DNA of 14,096 nt, taken from assembly GCA_963830915.1 (NCBI GenBank), contig CAWHOE010000077.1, forward strand, positions 1 through 14,096, written 5' to 3'. Made by a program: the position numbers and the translations under genes. This stretch comes from a candidate division FCPU426 bacterium. GTDB taxonomy: Bacteria > Oederibacteriota > Muellerivitia > Muellerivitales > Muellerivitaceae. Under the pieces are notes generated by a model, which was given only the letters and a program-made list of their open reading frames with translations, searched no databases and was not told the origin of the DNA. The first letter of the stretch is position 1, and the number at the start of each line of letters is the position of its first letter. Shown piece by piece: positions 1-8,497 of the stretch.

Positions 1-2748
1 AATACTGTGACGAATACATTCACTTCAGTTCCCGCGAACAATACATGCGGGTCCTTCGAGATCGATAGTGGCGATGGCAACGATGTGGCCGTCTCGGGAT
101 TCAGCCCCTACAGCCTCCACATCATCACCCAATCGTTCGCTTATGAACCGCAAGCGTTCGGCAACTCGAAATTCCTGGGATGCAGTGCTGACGCGTCCTC
201 TTGCTTCCCGGTCACACTGAACGTCATTTCCCATTCTTATGTGATCGCGCGCAATTTCTACGTCCCCAATACAGTTCCGCCCCCGGTCTATTACATCTCG
301 ATCCAGGCGGATGATTACGCCAGCGTGACGATCAATGGGTACTCGATGGCCGGGGCCAGTTTGTATAATCCCAGTTCTTATATCATCCCCAACTCGTATT
401 TGATCCCTGGGGCGTCCAACGCTTTGACGATCGCTTGGACAGATACCCAGTTCGGCCAGACGTTCCTGGATTATGAGATCGCAAGCAATCAACCGACCTG
501 TACGCCGACCTTGACCGTTACGAACACCTTTACCAATACGCCGACCAGTACGGCCACGACCACGGTTACCACCACGGCGACCCCAACCGCCACGAATACG
601 GCATCACCGACAGTCACCAACACGGTGACGAACACACTGACTAATACCCCGACTCAAACCATGACTAATACTGCCTCCAATACGGTTACGAATACGGCTA
701 CGTTAACCGCGACCAATACTGCCACGAATACAGCAACTCCGACTGTGACCAATACCATTACGAATTCGATGACTAACACACCTTCCCCGACCCAAACGAA
801 TACCGGGACGAAAACAGGAACTCCGACTTACACAAGGACTAATACCAACACGCCTACCGTAACAAATACTTATACGGCTACAAAGACCATGACACCGACC
901 ACTACTTGGACGAAAACGGCGACGCCGACCTACACCAGGACTCGAACAACCACTCCGACCGCGACGAGTACCAATACGGCCACTAAAACCATGACACCGA
1001 CCATTACTTGGACGAAAACGGCGACGGCGACCTATACCAGGACTCGTACCAGCTCTCCGACCGCGACGAGTACCAATACGGCCACAAAGACCATGACACC
1101 GACCACTACTTGGACGAAAACGGCGACGCCGACCTACACCAGGACTCGTACCACCACTCCAACCGCGACGAATACCAATACGGCCACGAATACCATGACG
1201 CCAACAACGACTTGGACCAAATCAGCAACGGCCACCTTTACCAGGACCATGTCGAGCACACCTACGAATACGCCTACACTCACAGGAAGTACCACAAAGA
1301 ACTATACCCCAACCGGAACGCCTACGCTCACCTCTACATTCAGCTCAACGATGTCGGCGACGAGTACTTCCACGTTTTCGCCAACGATATCCCCCACCAG
1401 TAACTTCACCTCTACCGCGACACCCAGTTCAACGACCACTCCGACAGTCACATCGACCGCCACTTGCAATGGATGCGCCCAACTGGTGCAACAATGGAGT
1501 ACTTTCCCGGGGAACGCCGCCATTGCGGCTTATGGCACAACCATCTACACGGCCCAGTATTGGCAGACCGCTTTCAACGCGGTAGCGGCCTTTCAGAATG
1601 GGATACAAACCAATACATGGTCGGAGGACACATACGATGGTGCCCTGGGGATGGGAATCAATCAAGCCAACGGACTCATTTATATATCGAATTATAACAC
1701 CTTAAGCAGTCCCCCGGATTCCGATACAGACACGATTCGTGTATTCAACGCGAGCGGAGCTTTCCAATATTCCTGGGGTGGAGTTGGTTCGGCGAACGGG
1801 AAGTTCAATAACCCAGGGGGGATTGCCGTCAATCGAACGACCGGAAATGTCTATGTGTTCGACCAAGGTAATTACCGGGTGCAAGAATTCAATTCCACCG
1901 GTACTTGGATCACTTCTTGGGGAAGCCAGGGGACTGGGCCGTCCCAGTTTAACTCAGCTAATTCCGCATATTCAGGAGTGGCTTTGGATTCGGCGGGGAA
2001 TGTCTATGTGATGGATAGCGGCAATAACCGTGTGGAAGAGTTCAACGCTTCGGGCACGCTGCTTCTCAATATGTGGACGGTCACAGGTGGCGGTTATTGC
2101 ACCGGCATCGGCGTTGATTCTAACAATAATGTTTGGATATCTGATGAGCCGAACCAGAAGATCTATAAGTTCTCCAATACAGGAACCTTATTATGCGCGT
2201 TTTCTTCGATCACTGGTGTCGGTTCGGCTTCTTATTACGACCCATCGGGCCTGACCATCGACTCGAATGGGAACATTTATGTTTCACTACCGGAATTGGG
2301 GGTCATTGAGGAATACTCGTCTTGCGCAGTCGCTTCGTCTCAGCCCGCGCCATCATTAAAATCATCCAACAGCCAGGGGAACACGGGTTTTGGGACCAAC
2401 TCAACTCCGACCGCGACCATGACGCCCACTTGCTCACCCACCGTTACCCCGACCCAAGAGATCGCGTCTAGTGGTCCGCCGGTGCTTTACCCCAATCCTT
2501 GGACTGGGACGTCTCCTGAGAAATTGCATGTTTACTTGAAGTACGCCACTCGTTTGGAAGTCAAGATCTACGACCTGTCTTACCGCAAGGTCCAGGACGC
2601 GGTGTTGACCCAGGTACTAGCGGGTTGGAATGATATTACCCTTCCAATGGAAGATACTTCAGGCCAGTCCTTGCCCGATGGGTTGTATTACGTGAGTGTC
2701 AGCACCAATTGGGGTAGGACGATCAATAAACTGTTGATCCTGAAATAA
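1..2748 (+). CDS. Large modular secreted/surface protein, 5'-truncated by the window: jelly-roll-like domain, Thr-X stalk, NHL-repeat beta-propeller, T9SS type-A/FlgD-Ig-like C-terminal sorting domain
   Basis: Frame is open from base 1 (AAT ACT GTG = N-T-V, continuing the Thr-X pattern), so GTG at 7 is probably not the true start. Domain 1 has [24 protein letters not shown], resembling the beta-sandwich/jelly-roll 'ADD...V.ING' motif. NHL repeats: [83 protein letters not shown]-terminus VLYPNP...[11 protein letters not shown]...LPDGLYYV...KLLILK-stop. Confidence 0.88.
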   Translation, partial: NTVTNTFTSVPANNTCGSFEIDSGDGNDVAVSGFSPYSLHIITQSFAYEPQAFGNSKFLGCSADASSCFPVTLNVISHSYVIARNFYVPNTVPPPVYYISIQADDYASVTINGYSMAGASLYNPSSYIIPNSYLIPGASNALTIAWTDTQFGQTFLDYEIASNQPTCTPTLTVTNTFTNTPTSTATTTVTTTATPTATNTASPTVTNTVTNTLTNTPTQTMTNTASNTVTNTATLTATNTATNTATPTVTNTITNSMTNTPSPTQTNTGTKTGTPTYTRTNTNTPTVTNTYTATKTMTPTTTWTKTATPTYTRTRTTTPTATSTNTATKTMTPTITWTKTATATYTRTRTSSPTATSTNTATKTMTPTTTWTKTATPTYTRTRTTTPTATNTNTATNTMTPTTTWTKSATATFTRTMSSTPTNTPTLTGSTTKNYTPTGTPTLTSTFSSTMSATSTSTFSPTISPTSNFTSTATPSSTTTPTVTSTATCNGCAQLVQQWSTFPGNAAIAAYGTTIYTAQYWQTAFNAVAAFQNGIQTNTWSEDTYDGALGMGINQANGLIYISNYNTLSSPPDSDTDTIRVFNASGAFQYSWGGVGSANGKFNNPGGIAVNRTTGNVYVFDQGNYRVQEFNSTGTWITSWGSQGTGPSQFNSANSAYSGVALDSAGNVYVMDSGNNRVEEFNASGTLLLNMWTVTGGGYCTGIGVDSNNNVWISDEPNQKIYKFSNTGTLLCAFSSITGVGSASYYDPSGLTIDSNGNIYVSLPELGVIEEYSSCAVASSQPAPSLKSSNSQGNTGFGTNSTPTATMTPTCSPTVTPTQEIASSGPPVLYPNPWTGTSPEKLHVYLKYATRLEVKIYDLSYRKVQDAVLTQVLAGWNDITLPMEDTSGQSLPDGLYYVSVSTNWGRTINKLLILK
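883..1248 (+). repeat. Intragenic 102-bp (34-aa) tandem repeat: three near-identical units plus a degenerate partial fourth
   Basis: Units start at 883, 985, 1087 and 1189 (AAG/AAA ACC ATG ACA CCG ACC A.T ACT TGG ACG AAA ACG GCG ACG...), encoding [35 protein letters not shown] degenerate unit precedes them at about 781-882. Confidence 0.95.
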
Positions 2749-2781
2749 AATTCAGGCCTTTTCTTCTCGTTTTACCCAAGA

Positions 2782-2833
2782 AACCCCGCATGACGGGCTC
2801 ATCCCCGCTTTTCGTCATGCCGGGTTGTTTTTT
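2782..2833 (+). terminator. Probable intrinsic terminator downstream of the large secreted-protein gene
   Basis: AACCCCGCATGACG (2782-2795) pairs with CGTCATGCCGGGTT (2813-2826) at 13/14 positions, with a 17-nt loop, followed by GTTTTTT. It begins 33 nt after the stop codon. The loop is longer than typical. Confidence 0.6.
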
Positions 2834-2903
2834 GGCCTAAAGCCCCATAACATCCTTGAATCGTCCATTTAATTTCCAGTGTAAATTGCACAAGGAGACA
2901 TTC

Positions 2904-3434
2904 ATGGCCAAAGGGATCGTCGTTGGGATTCTGCTGACTATCTTATTGGGGTTGGCGGGAGCCTATTGTTTCATCACCTTCGGTTATATGCCCGCTAACG
3001 CGGACGGGAAGCCGCCCGCCATCGAAAAATGGATGGCCCGAAAGTCCCTTCACGCCACCCTCAAAAGGGAAGCGCCCCAAACGCCCAACCCGGAAGCATT
3101 GAACGATGTTAACCTCATCGCCGGGATCAAGTTATACGCCGTCAATTGCGCCGTCTGTCATGGCACATCGGATGGAAACGCCTCCAATATCGCGGTGGGT
3201 CTTTACCAAGAGGCGCCCCAGTTGGCCAAGGACGGGGTGGAGGACGACCCGGAGGGGATCACTTTCTGGAAGGTCAAGCACGGCATCCGTTTGACCGGGA
3301 TGCCGGGATTCAGTAAAACCCTGAAGGATGAGCAGATCTGGCAGATCAGCCTGTTCCTGAAAAACATGGATTCTTTAACACCGAGCGCCGAAGAGGTTTG
3401 GAAATCACTCCCCAGCGCCGCTCCTCGTTCTTAA
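2904..3434 (+). CDS. Membrane-anchored monoheme c-type cytochrome
   Basis: AAGGAG RBS at 2892-2897 before ATG 2904. N-terminal hydrophobic helix (GIVVGILLTILLGLAGAYCFITFG). Single CxxCH (CAVCH). Distal FWKVKHGIRLTGMPGF supplies a likely axial Met. Confidence 0.92.
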   Translation: MAKGIVVGILLTILLGLAGAYCFITFGYMPANADGKPPAIEKWMARKSLHATLKREAPQTPNPEALNDVNLIAGIKLYAVNCAVCHGTSDGNASNIAVGLYQEAPQLAKDGVEDDPEGITFWKVKHGIRLTGMPGFSKTLKDEQIWQISLFLKNMDSLTPSAEEVWKSLPSAAPRS

Positions 3435-3445
3435 CCTACCCAGGA

Positions 3446-3967
3446 TCAAAATTCGTCCGCGTTCTTCCAAATAATCGCCTCTAGTGGGGTCGCCCCCACT
3501 AGAAGGCGCAGGACCAGAACGGGCTCCCCGCCGGGCCAGTCCATGGGATCGCCTGACCCCACGATGAAATCCTCATTGGATAAGGGAAGGCTGCCATAGG
3601 TTTGTTGGGCGATCCGCTGGGCAAAACCCAGGGCCAGCCGGTCGAATTGGTTTTCCTCCCGCCTGTTTTTAGGGGTGGATGTGTCGGACAGGTGGCTTTC
3701 CAACCGGTCGGAAGTTCTCAAGAGGCAATAGAAGGAATGGTCATGGACCATTCGAATAGATCGGGTGAGACGCAGATCCACCACCCGGACGGATAAACCA
3801 TCCAAGGGAACGGTGGGAAGTTCGGTGAAGTCCCCCAGGGCCCGGCTGAAAAGAAGCCAGCATTCCTCCAAGGTGGGGAAGGATGATTTGACCCTAGATA
3901 CGGGTGTGCTACGTTTCTTTTTTTTATCCTGGGTTACTAACCGGATCGGCGCCACAGAAGTTCTCAT
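3446..3967 (-). CDS. Hypothetical cytoplasmic protein, 173 aa, with basic N-terminus
   Basis: GGGGAGGGG RBS just before ATG 3967. Sigma54-type promoter upstream. The ORF fills the gap and converges on the cytochrome stop. No family recognised. Confidence 0.7.
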   Translation of the reverse strand: MRTSVAPIRLVTQDKKKKRSTPVSRVKSSFPTLEECWLLFSRALGDFTELPTVPLDGLSVRVVDLRLTRSIRMVHDHSFYCLLRTSDRLESHLSDTSTPKNRREENQFDRLALGFAQRIAQQTYGSLPLSNEDFIVGSGDPMDWPGGEPVLVLRLLVGATPLEAIIWKNADEF

Positions 3968-4013
3968 CGTTCACCCCTCCCCTAAAGCTTGGATGCCCAG
4001 CTTCTAAGTTAAG

Positions 4014-4029
4014 AGCAAGGGGAGTGCCA
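4014..4029 (-). promoter_or_regulatory. Sigma54 (RpoN) -24/-12 promoter
   Basis: Minus strand reads TGGCAC-TCCCC-TTGCT, matching TGGCAC-N5-TTGC(A/T). It is intergenic, in the same orientation as ORF 3446-3967 and 46 nt upstream of its ATG. Confidence 0.8.
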
Positions 4030-4142
4030 ACTGTCCCCTTCTTTATTCAGTAAGGATCCTTGATAGCGAAGGGAAAGGAAGGGTGTTCAAGCACAAAATG
4101 GGTAAAGGGAGTTACTCAGATTGAGAAGTTCTAGAGCAGGCT

Positions 4143-4988
4143 TTATTGGAATTCTACACAGCGCATCGAGAGGTTCTGATAATCAAAGCCCTCATAAGGG
4201 TAACGGATATTAGGTTTGCCTTGGGTGCCGGCGGCTGCGGCGGCCACCAGTAATGGCGTAAAGTGATCATCGGTCGGGTGGGCCATTCTGGCCCCAGGAC
4301 CCTTGTTGGAATAATCGGCCAGGTCGTTCAGGTCGAAGCGTTCCAGGGTTTTGGCGCACCAGGCGTCGAATTCCGAGGCCCAGGTTTCGGGCTGGGCCTG
4401 ACGGTCCACGAAATTGACATTCCTTAGGTTATGGACGATGTTTCCGCTGCCCAGGATAAAAACACCACGCGACCGCAAGGGGGCCAAAGCTTTTCCCAGG
4501 GACAACAGGTCATGCATGGGCACACCCGTACCAATGGATATCTGAAGGATGGGGATACTGGCCTCAGGATACAGGTGCAAAAGAGGGACCCATGCTCCAT
4601 GGTCCAGGCCCCTGTCCGAGGTGGTGCCGGGCTTCATCCCCATGTCTTCCAGCATTCCCAGGGTCAATTTGGTGAGCTTGGGGGCGGGAGGGGAAGGGTA
4701 CTGGACCCGGTAAAGGGGATCAGGAAAACCGTAGAAATCATAGGTCAGGGGTACCACATTTACCGGCCCCAAATGGGGAGGGGATTGAAGCCAATGGGCC
4801 GAGACCACCAGGACCGCCCTGGGCCGGGGCAAATCTTGTCCCCATTGGCGCCAAGCCTCGGTAATGGCGTTCTTTTCCAAGGCCAGGGTCGGGGCGCCAT
4901 GTCCCACAAAGCCGACAGGCATCAAGGTTTCCGAAAGGGGATAATCCTTGGATTCCTTCGATCTTGAATGCTTCTTTTGAACCGCCAT
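4143..4988 (-). CDS. ygiD: Class III extradiol ring-cleavage dioxygenase (LigB superfamily, DODA/YgiD type)
   Basis: Motifs FVGHGAP, VLVVSAHW, YDFYGFP, RGLDHGAWVPL, GSGNIVHNL and AHPTDDHFTPL. AAAGGAG RBS supports the start at 4988 (MAVQKK) over 5039. The symbol is a family-level call. Confidence 0.9.
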   Translation of the reverse strand: MAVQKKHSRSKESKDYPLSETLMPVGFVGHGAPTLALEKNAITEAWRQWGQDLPRPRAVLVVSAHWLQSPPHLGPVNVVPLTYDFYGFPDPLYRVQYPSPPAPKLTKLTLGMLEDMGMKPGTTSDRGLDHGAWVPLLHLYPEASIPILQISIGTGVPMHDLLSLGKALAPLRSRGVFILGSGNIVHNLRNVNFVDRQAQPETWASEFDAWCAKTLERFDLNDLADYSNKGPGARMAHPTDDHFTPLLVAAAAAGTQGKPNIRYPYEGFDYQNLSMRCVEFQ

Positions 4989-5146
4989 AACGGCTCCTTT
5001 TCCATGAAATAACATAGGATGTTTTTCAGGAAATCCCAAGGGTGATAAGAAACAGGGTCGGTGGGACCTAGCAAAAACGCGATTTTGCCGAGAATTAAAC
5101 TTCCAAAAGACTGTACCAAATACCGAGGTTAAATCGTCTAAATAAC

Positions 5147-5935
5147 ATGAAGGATCGTACTAAGGCGGCGGCTATGGTCAAGCGAACATGGTTCTGGACC
5201 ATAGTGCTATTTTTCTCGAGCATTCCCTTTTTGTCCGCTCAAACATATGAAAATCCCCAAGACAATAATGGGAGCAATAGCGACAACATTGCTCCCTTCC
5301 AACTGAACGACGAGGAAAAAATATCGAGCGCGGGATACGTGGAACCTGATCTTCCCGTGAACGGCCCTGACGATCATTCCCTTGGCGCTTTTCCATCCGC
5401 TTCGGCGCTGGACGGCGGATTCATGACGGGGCTCATCAACGCTCGTCGGACTCAAAGGGATAACCTGTCGGAAATCCCAACGGATCAATTGTTTTGGTAT
5501 CCCCATCCTGAGGGCAGATATTGCCGCTTCACGGACCTGGAAGGGAATACCTGGTTCGGGCTCCTTGACGGTCAGAAGTTCCAATGGGTCCTTTGGGCCA
5601 AGAACCGATACTGGTGGCATGATTCTTTCGCGGGTAGATGGTTAACCTTCTCCAATGGTTATTGGTGGTTCCCCGGGGACAGCAAGACGGCCAAGATCGA
5701 GGTCTATTTGAACGGCGATTACCATCCGTTCGATACCCAGGGGATGGTATTGGCGGACCGGGATCCGGTGGGCGAATTAAAAAGCGATTATAACGGACCT
5801 TTCCAGGGGGACTTTCACGGAGGGCAGTCGGGTGGACGAGCCCATGGCGGAAGGGGTCCGAGGGGTCAATCCCGATCCGGTCAATCGGGTTGGCAGGGTC
5901 GGGGTCAATGGAACACCAATCCCGGAGCGACTTGA
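5147..5935 (+). CDS. Hypothetical exported protein with Trp/Tyr-rich core and Gly/Arg/Gln-rich tail
   Basis: 262-aa ORF. Signal-peptide-like N-terminus (KRTWFWTIVLFFSSIPFLSA|Q). Aromatic block LFWY...RYWWHD...RWL...YWWF. C-terminal GGQSGGRAHGGRGPRGQSRSGQSGWQGRG. The start could be the second Met (5174). Confidence 0.78.
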   Translation: MKDRTKAAAMVKRTWFWTIVLFFSSIPFLSAQTYENPQDNNGSNSDNIAPFQLNDEEKISSAGYVEPDLPVNGPDDHSLGAFPSASALDGGFMTGLINARRTQRDNLSEIPTDQLFWYPHPEGRYCRFTDLEGNTWFGLLDGQKFQWVLWAKNRYWWHDSFAGRWLTFSNGYWWFPGDSKTAKIEVYLNGDYHPFDTQGMVLADRDPVGELKSDYNGPFQGDFHGGQSGGRAHGGRGPRGQSRSGQSGWQGRGQWNTNPGAT

Positions 5936-5981
5936 GGAATAGTTGGTGTAGAATGATCCTCTTATCGTTCCAGGAGAAAGC

Positions 5982-6359
5982 ATGAAGAAAATGAGATTGG
6001 TTTTGATCCTTTGGCTGGGGACCCTGACAGCGGTCATGGCCATGGACGGATTGACCCCTGTAGCCACCAATGTCTGGACGGCGCCCAATCGCAAATTAAT
6101 CGCCCCCACCAACCGTGTCCTTCGCCCAAAACTTCAAATGACAGGCGTGAAGGCCAAACCCTCCATGTTGAAGTTGAACGGCAAGGATCGATTCATTTCC
6201 CTCCACCCCACGCCCACTCCGGGGCATTCGAAGGTAACCCGGGTGGTGCCGAACCTTTCGAACCCAGCATTCCAACCAACACCGGTAAACAGCTCTCGAG
6301 CCATTTCGATAAAGGGACCGCCCAAGGTTCCCTATCCCAGCCTTTATCAGGATCACTGA
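5982..6359 (+). CDS. Small hypothetical exported Pro/Lys-rich protein
   Basis: AGGAGA RBS before ATG. Classic signal peptide MKKMRLVLILWLGTLTAVMA. The mature part is Pro-rich and basic (HPTPTPG, QPTPV). Confidence 0.75.
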   Translation: MKKMRLVLILWLGTLTAVMAMDGLTPVATNVWTAPNRKLIAPTNRVLRPKLQMTGVKAKPSMLKLNGKDRFISLHPTPTPGHSKVTRVVPNLSNPAFQPTPVNSSRAISIKGPPKVPYPSLYQDH

Positions 6360-6393
6360 GGGTTTCAAGAATCTTCGGGAACAACTTTTCCGA

Positions 6394-7129
6394 TCAGGGC
6401 GCGCCGGAAGGTTTCCATTGAAGGGCGCGCTTCTTGGCCTCGTCGATCTGTTGGTTGGTCATCTTTTTTTCCAGCCATTCCACATCGTCCCTTAATTCTT
6501 TTTCCTGAGCGTCCTCCAGGTCCCCCCGGGTCAGGGCCAGGGTGAACCACTTGTAGGATTCCACCAGGTCCTTGGAAGTCCCTTCCCCGACCGAGGTCAT
6601 CATCCCCAGATTGATCTGGGAGTCGGTGTCGTCCTGCTCGGCTGCCTTGAGGAACCACTGGAACGAGAGTTTATAATCCTTGGGGATGCCCAGACCCTTG
6701 CCGTACATCAACCCCAGGTTTCCCTCTGGCCGAAGCCAATCCCTGCCCCGCTGATCTTTGGAACCATTGAAGGGCCAGAGAGGCGTCCTTGGGGACGCCC
6801 AGACCATTAAGGTAGAGGTAACCGAGGTTGTTTTGGGCCTCCGCGTCGCCCTTCCTGGCTCCCCGGGTGAACCACTTGAAAGCTTCAGCGTAATCCTGTT
6901 TCGTGCCCAAACCCTTTTCGTACAGCAACCCCAGGTCGGCCATGGCGTTGGGATCGCCCTTCTGGGCGGCGAGCTTGTAGGACTCGAAAGCTTTGGCGTA
7001 ATCCTTGGAACGAAAAGCCTTTTGTCCTTTCGCCAGGAAATCGTCAGAACGTGAAGGGACGGTCAACGAAAGGAAAAGACCAAAGAGTAGCATCCCGCCG
7101 ATGGTTTTAATGGATCGAGAAAAAAACAC
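6394..7129 (-). CDS. Exported Sel1-like repeat protein (about 244 aa when repaired), split by a +1 frameshift at about 6719-6728
   Basis: GTG 7129 with AGGAAGGA RBS and a signal peptide. Sel1 repeats AMADLGLLYEKGLGTKQDYAEAFKWF and AQNNLGYLYLNGLGVPKDASLALQWF continue in the +1 frame as GNLGLMYGKGLGIPKDYKLSFQWF and SQINLGMM..GEGTSKDLVESYKWF. Junction reads GCC-A-GAG-GGA-AAC-CTG. Confidence 0.88.
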
Positions 7130-7194
7130 GCAAAATCCTTCCTTTGAAAAAACGCTCAAGGAAATTATAGGGAAAGCCTGGACGGGAAAGAGCT

Positions 7195-8010
7195 TTATCT
7201 TTTGAGTCCGGCCAGTTCGGTTGGCGGGGCGGTCAAAGCGTTGTCCTGCTGGACCCTTGGCTGAAAAAGGAGGGAGGCGGACTGAAAAGTCCGGTTGAAA
7301 AATTCCCGGAGCTGTTCGGGCGGGACCGAGATGTTTTCCTCGAAAACAATGATCCAATCCCCCTGTCCTTTGATTCGCCAATTGGGAAAGCGAAGAAGGT
7401 ATTCCAGGAATTCCCTCGGGAAAAGGTCCTTGAAACGCTCTTCTTGTCCGGTTTCACCCCACAGATGATGTCGGGAACGGCGGAACTCCCCTAGCCCGGT
7501 GATCTCCATGCTTTTGACCTTGGGTCCGCTGAACATTTCCTTGATATCCAGTTCCAGTAGGCGGTGGAACTTGTTGAACAACCGCAAAGGCACCAACTCG
7601 AAATAAGGGAGGTTGGCCCCTTTCATCCCAAATAGGGCGCGGGTTTCGGTGATGCCGTCCTCCCGCGGATAGGGCAGCTCCAAGAGGAGGATATCCAGAC
7701 CGTTCTTCGAGCCCTTGAGAATGTTCTGGTAGCGTGGCGTCAGGAAGGTTGGGATGGGTTTGCGGCGGCCCCGGGGATAAAGCAGGGGTGGCAAGGCGAA
7801 ACCGCTGTTTTCCAGGTCGCTTTGGTAACGGTAATACTGGAAGACCAGATTCTCCCCCAGGGCCTGGAAGGACCTGCGCTTCCATTCCGCCTTTCTTAAA
7901 TAACGCATGGCGCTGGCCCCATAAAAGGCGATAAAGAGCAATAACAACCAGTAAACGGAGGCTGGTATGGATTGAAGACTGGAAGCTGTCATAAAAACAG
8001 TATGGGACAA
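7195..8010 (-). CDS. Hypothetical membrane-anchored protein (single N-terminal TM helix)
   Basis: 271-aa ORF. Hydrophobic VYWLLLLFIAFYGASAM followed by basic RYLRKAEWKRR and a globular-looking remainder. The start is uncertain (TTG 8010 or ATG 7992). Confidence 0.72.
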   Translation of the reverse strand: MSHTVFMTASSLQSIPASVYWLLLLFIAFYGASAMRYLRKAEWKRRSFQALGENLVFQYYRYQSDLENSGFALPPLLYPRGRRKPIPTFLTPRYQNILKGSKNGLDILLLELPYPREDGITETRALFGMKGANLPYFELVPLRLFNKFHRLLELDIKEMFSGPKVKSMEITGLGEFRRSRHHLWGETGQEERFKDLFPREFLEYLLRFPNWRIKGQGDWIIVFEENISVPPEQLREFFNRTFQSASLLFQPRVQQDNALTAPPTELAGLKR

Positions 8011-8101
8011 ATATCGCCTTTATAGAAAAAAATCAAAAGGTTTGGATGGAATTTAACGGAGGCGTAACAGCTGGGTCGGTCCTTTTCCTTCCCCCCGGAG
8101 A

Positions 8102-8458
8102 TCAAACGATATTGAGAACGCCGCCGGGAATGCTCACCTGCCTAAGCTGGGATACAGCCGAATAATAGGCCTGCTCCGCTGGCGAGGAAAACCCGCCCGG
8201 AAGTTCCTGTTGGCCATTCATCGCGATCTTGGCCTGCTCGACCATGCCCGTCAAGAGGTCCAATTTCCGCTCATGGGCGGAGATCATTTCCTGGGCCTCA
8301 ATGGCGGCTGAGGAAGCCCCGGAGGAATTGGTTTTCGTCGTGAAGGTCAGATCCAAAAGTCGATCGAAAGGGACAGGGGTTGGGTCGAAGGACGATGGCG
8401 GCGAATAGAGGGAAGGGAGATTGGAATCAGAAGCCGTGATGGGGAATAAGGGGTCCAT
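8102..8458 (-). CDS. Small hypothetical protein (118 aa), possibly flagellar-regulon associated
   Basis: TAAGGA RBS (8465-8470) is best spaced to ATG 8458. Ser/Pro-rich N-terminus, helical middle, C-terminal GGVLNIV. Sigma28-like promoter upstream. Confidence 0.68.
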   Translation of the reverse strand: MDPLFPITASDSNLPSLYSPPSSFDPTPVPFDRLLDLTFTTKTNSSGASSAAIEAQEMISAHERKLDLLTGMVEQAKIAMNGQQELPGGFSSPAEQAYYSAVSQLRQVSIPGGVLNIV

Positions 8459-8497
8459 GATCATTCCTTATTAGCGAGGATGAACGTCTTGATATTT

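Noticed and set aside
883..1248. 102-bp repeats as a CRISPR array or DGR template/variable repeat
   Set aside because: The units are contiguous with no unique spacers, in frame within a CDS, and the differences are not adenine-specific. No cas or reverse transcriptase gene is in the window.
1008..1403. Alternative-frame 131-aa D/H/Y-rich repetitive ORF, and the many other overlapping or antisense ORFs in the track
   Set aside because: These are shadows of real genes. The ACN-rich Thr repeat and GC-rich codon usage leave other frames open. They have no RBS or independent family motifs.
2782..2826. Hairpin as an integron attC site, REP element or riboswitch
   Set aside because: It lacks RYYYAAC/GTTRRRY ends, occurs only once in the window, and its position after a stop codon with a T-tract fits a terminator.
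6717..6725. GGGAAAC slippery heptamer at the Sel1 frameshift, suggesting programmed -1 frameshifting
   Set aside because: The upstream frame reads GGG AAA C and the repair needs +1, the opposite of the G GGA AAC -1 mechanism. The other three shifts have no such motif.
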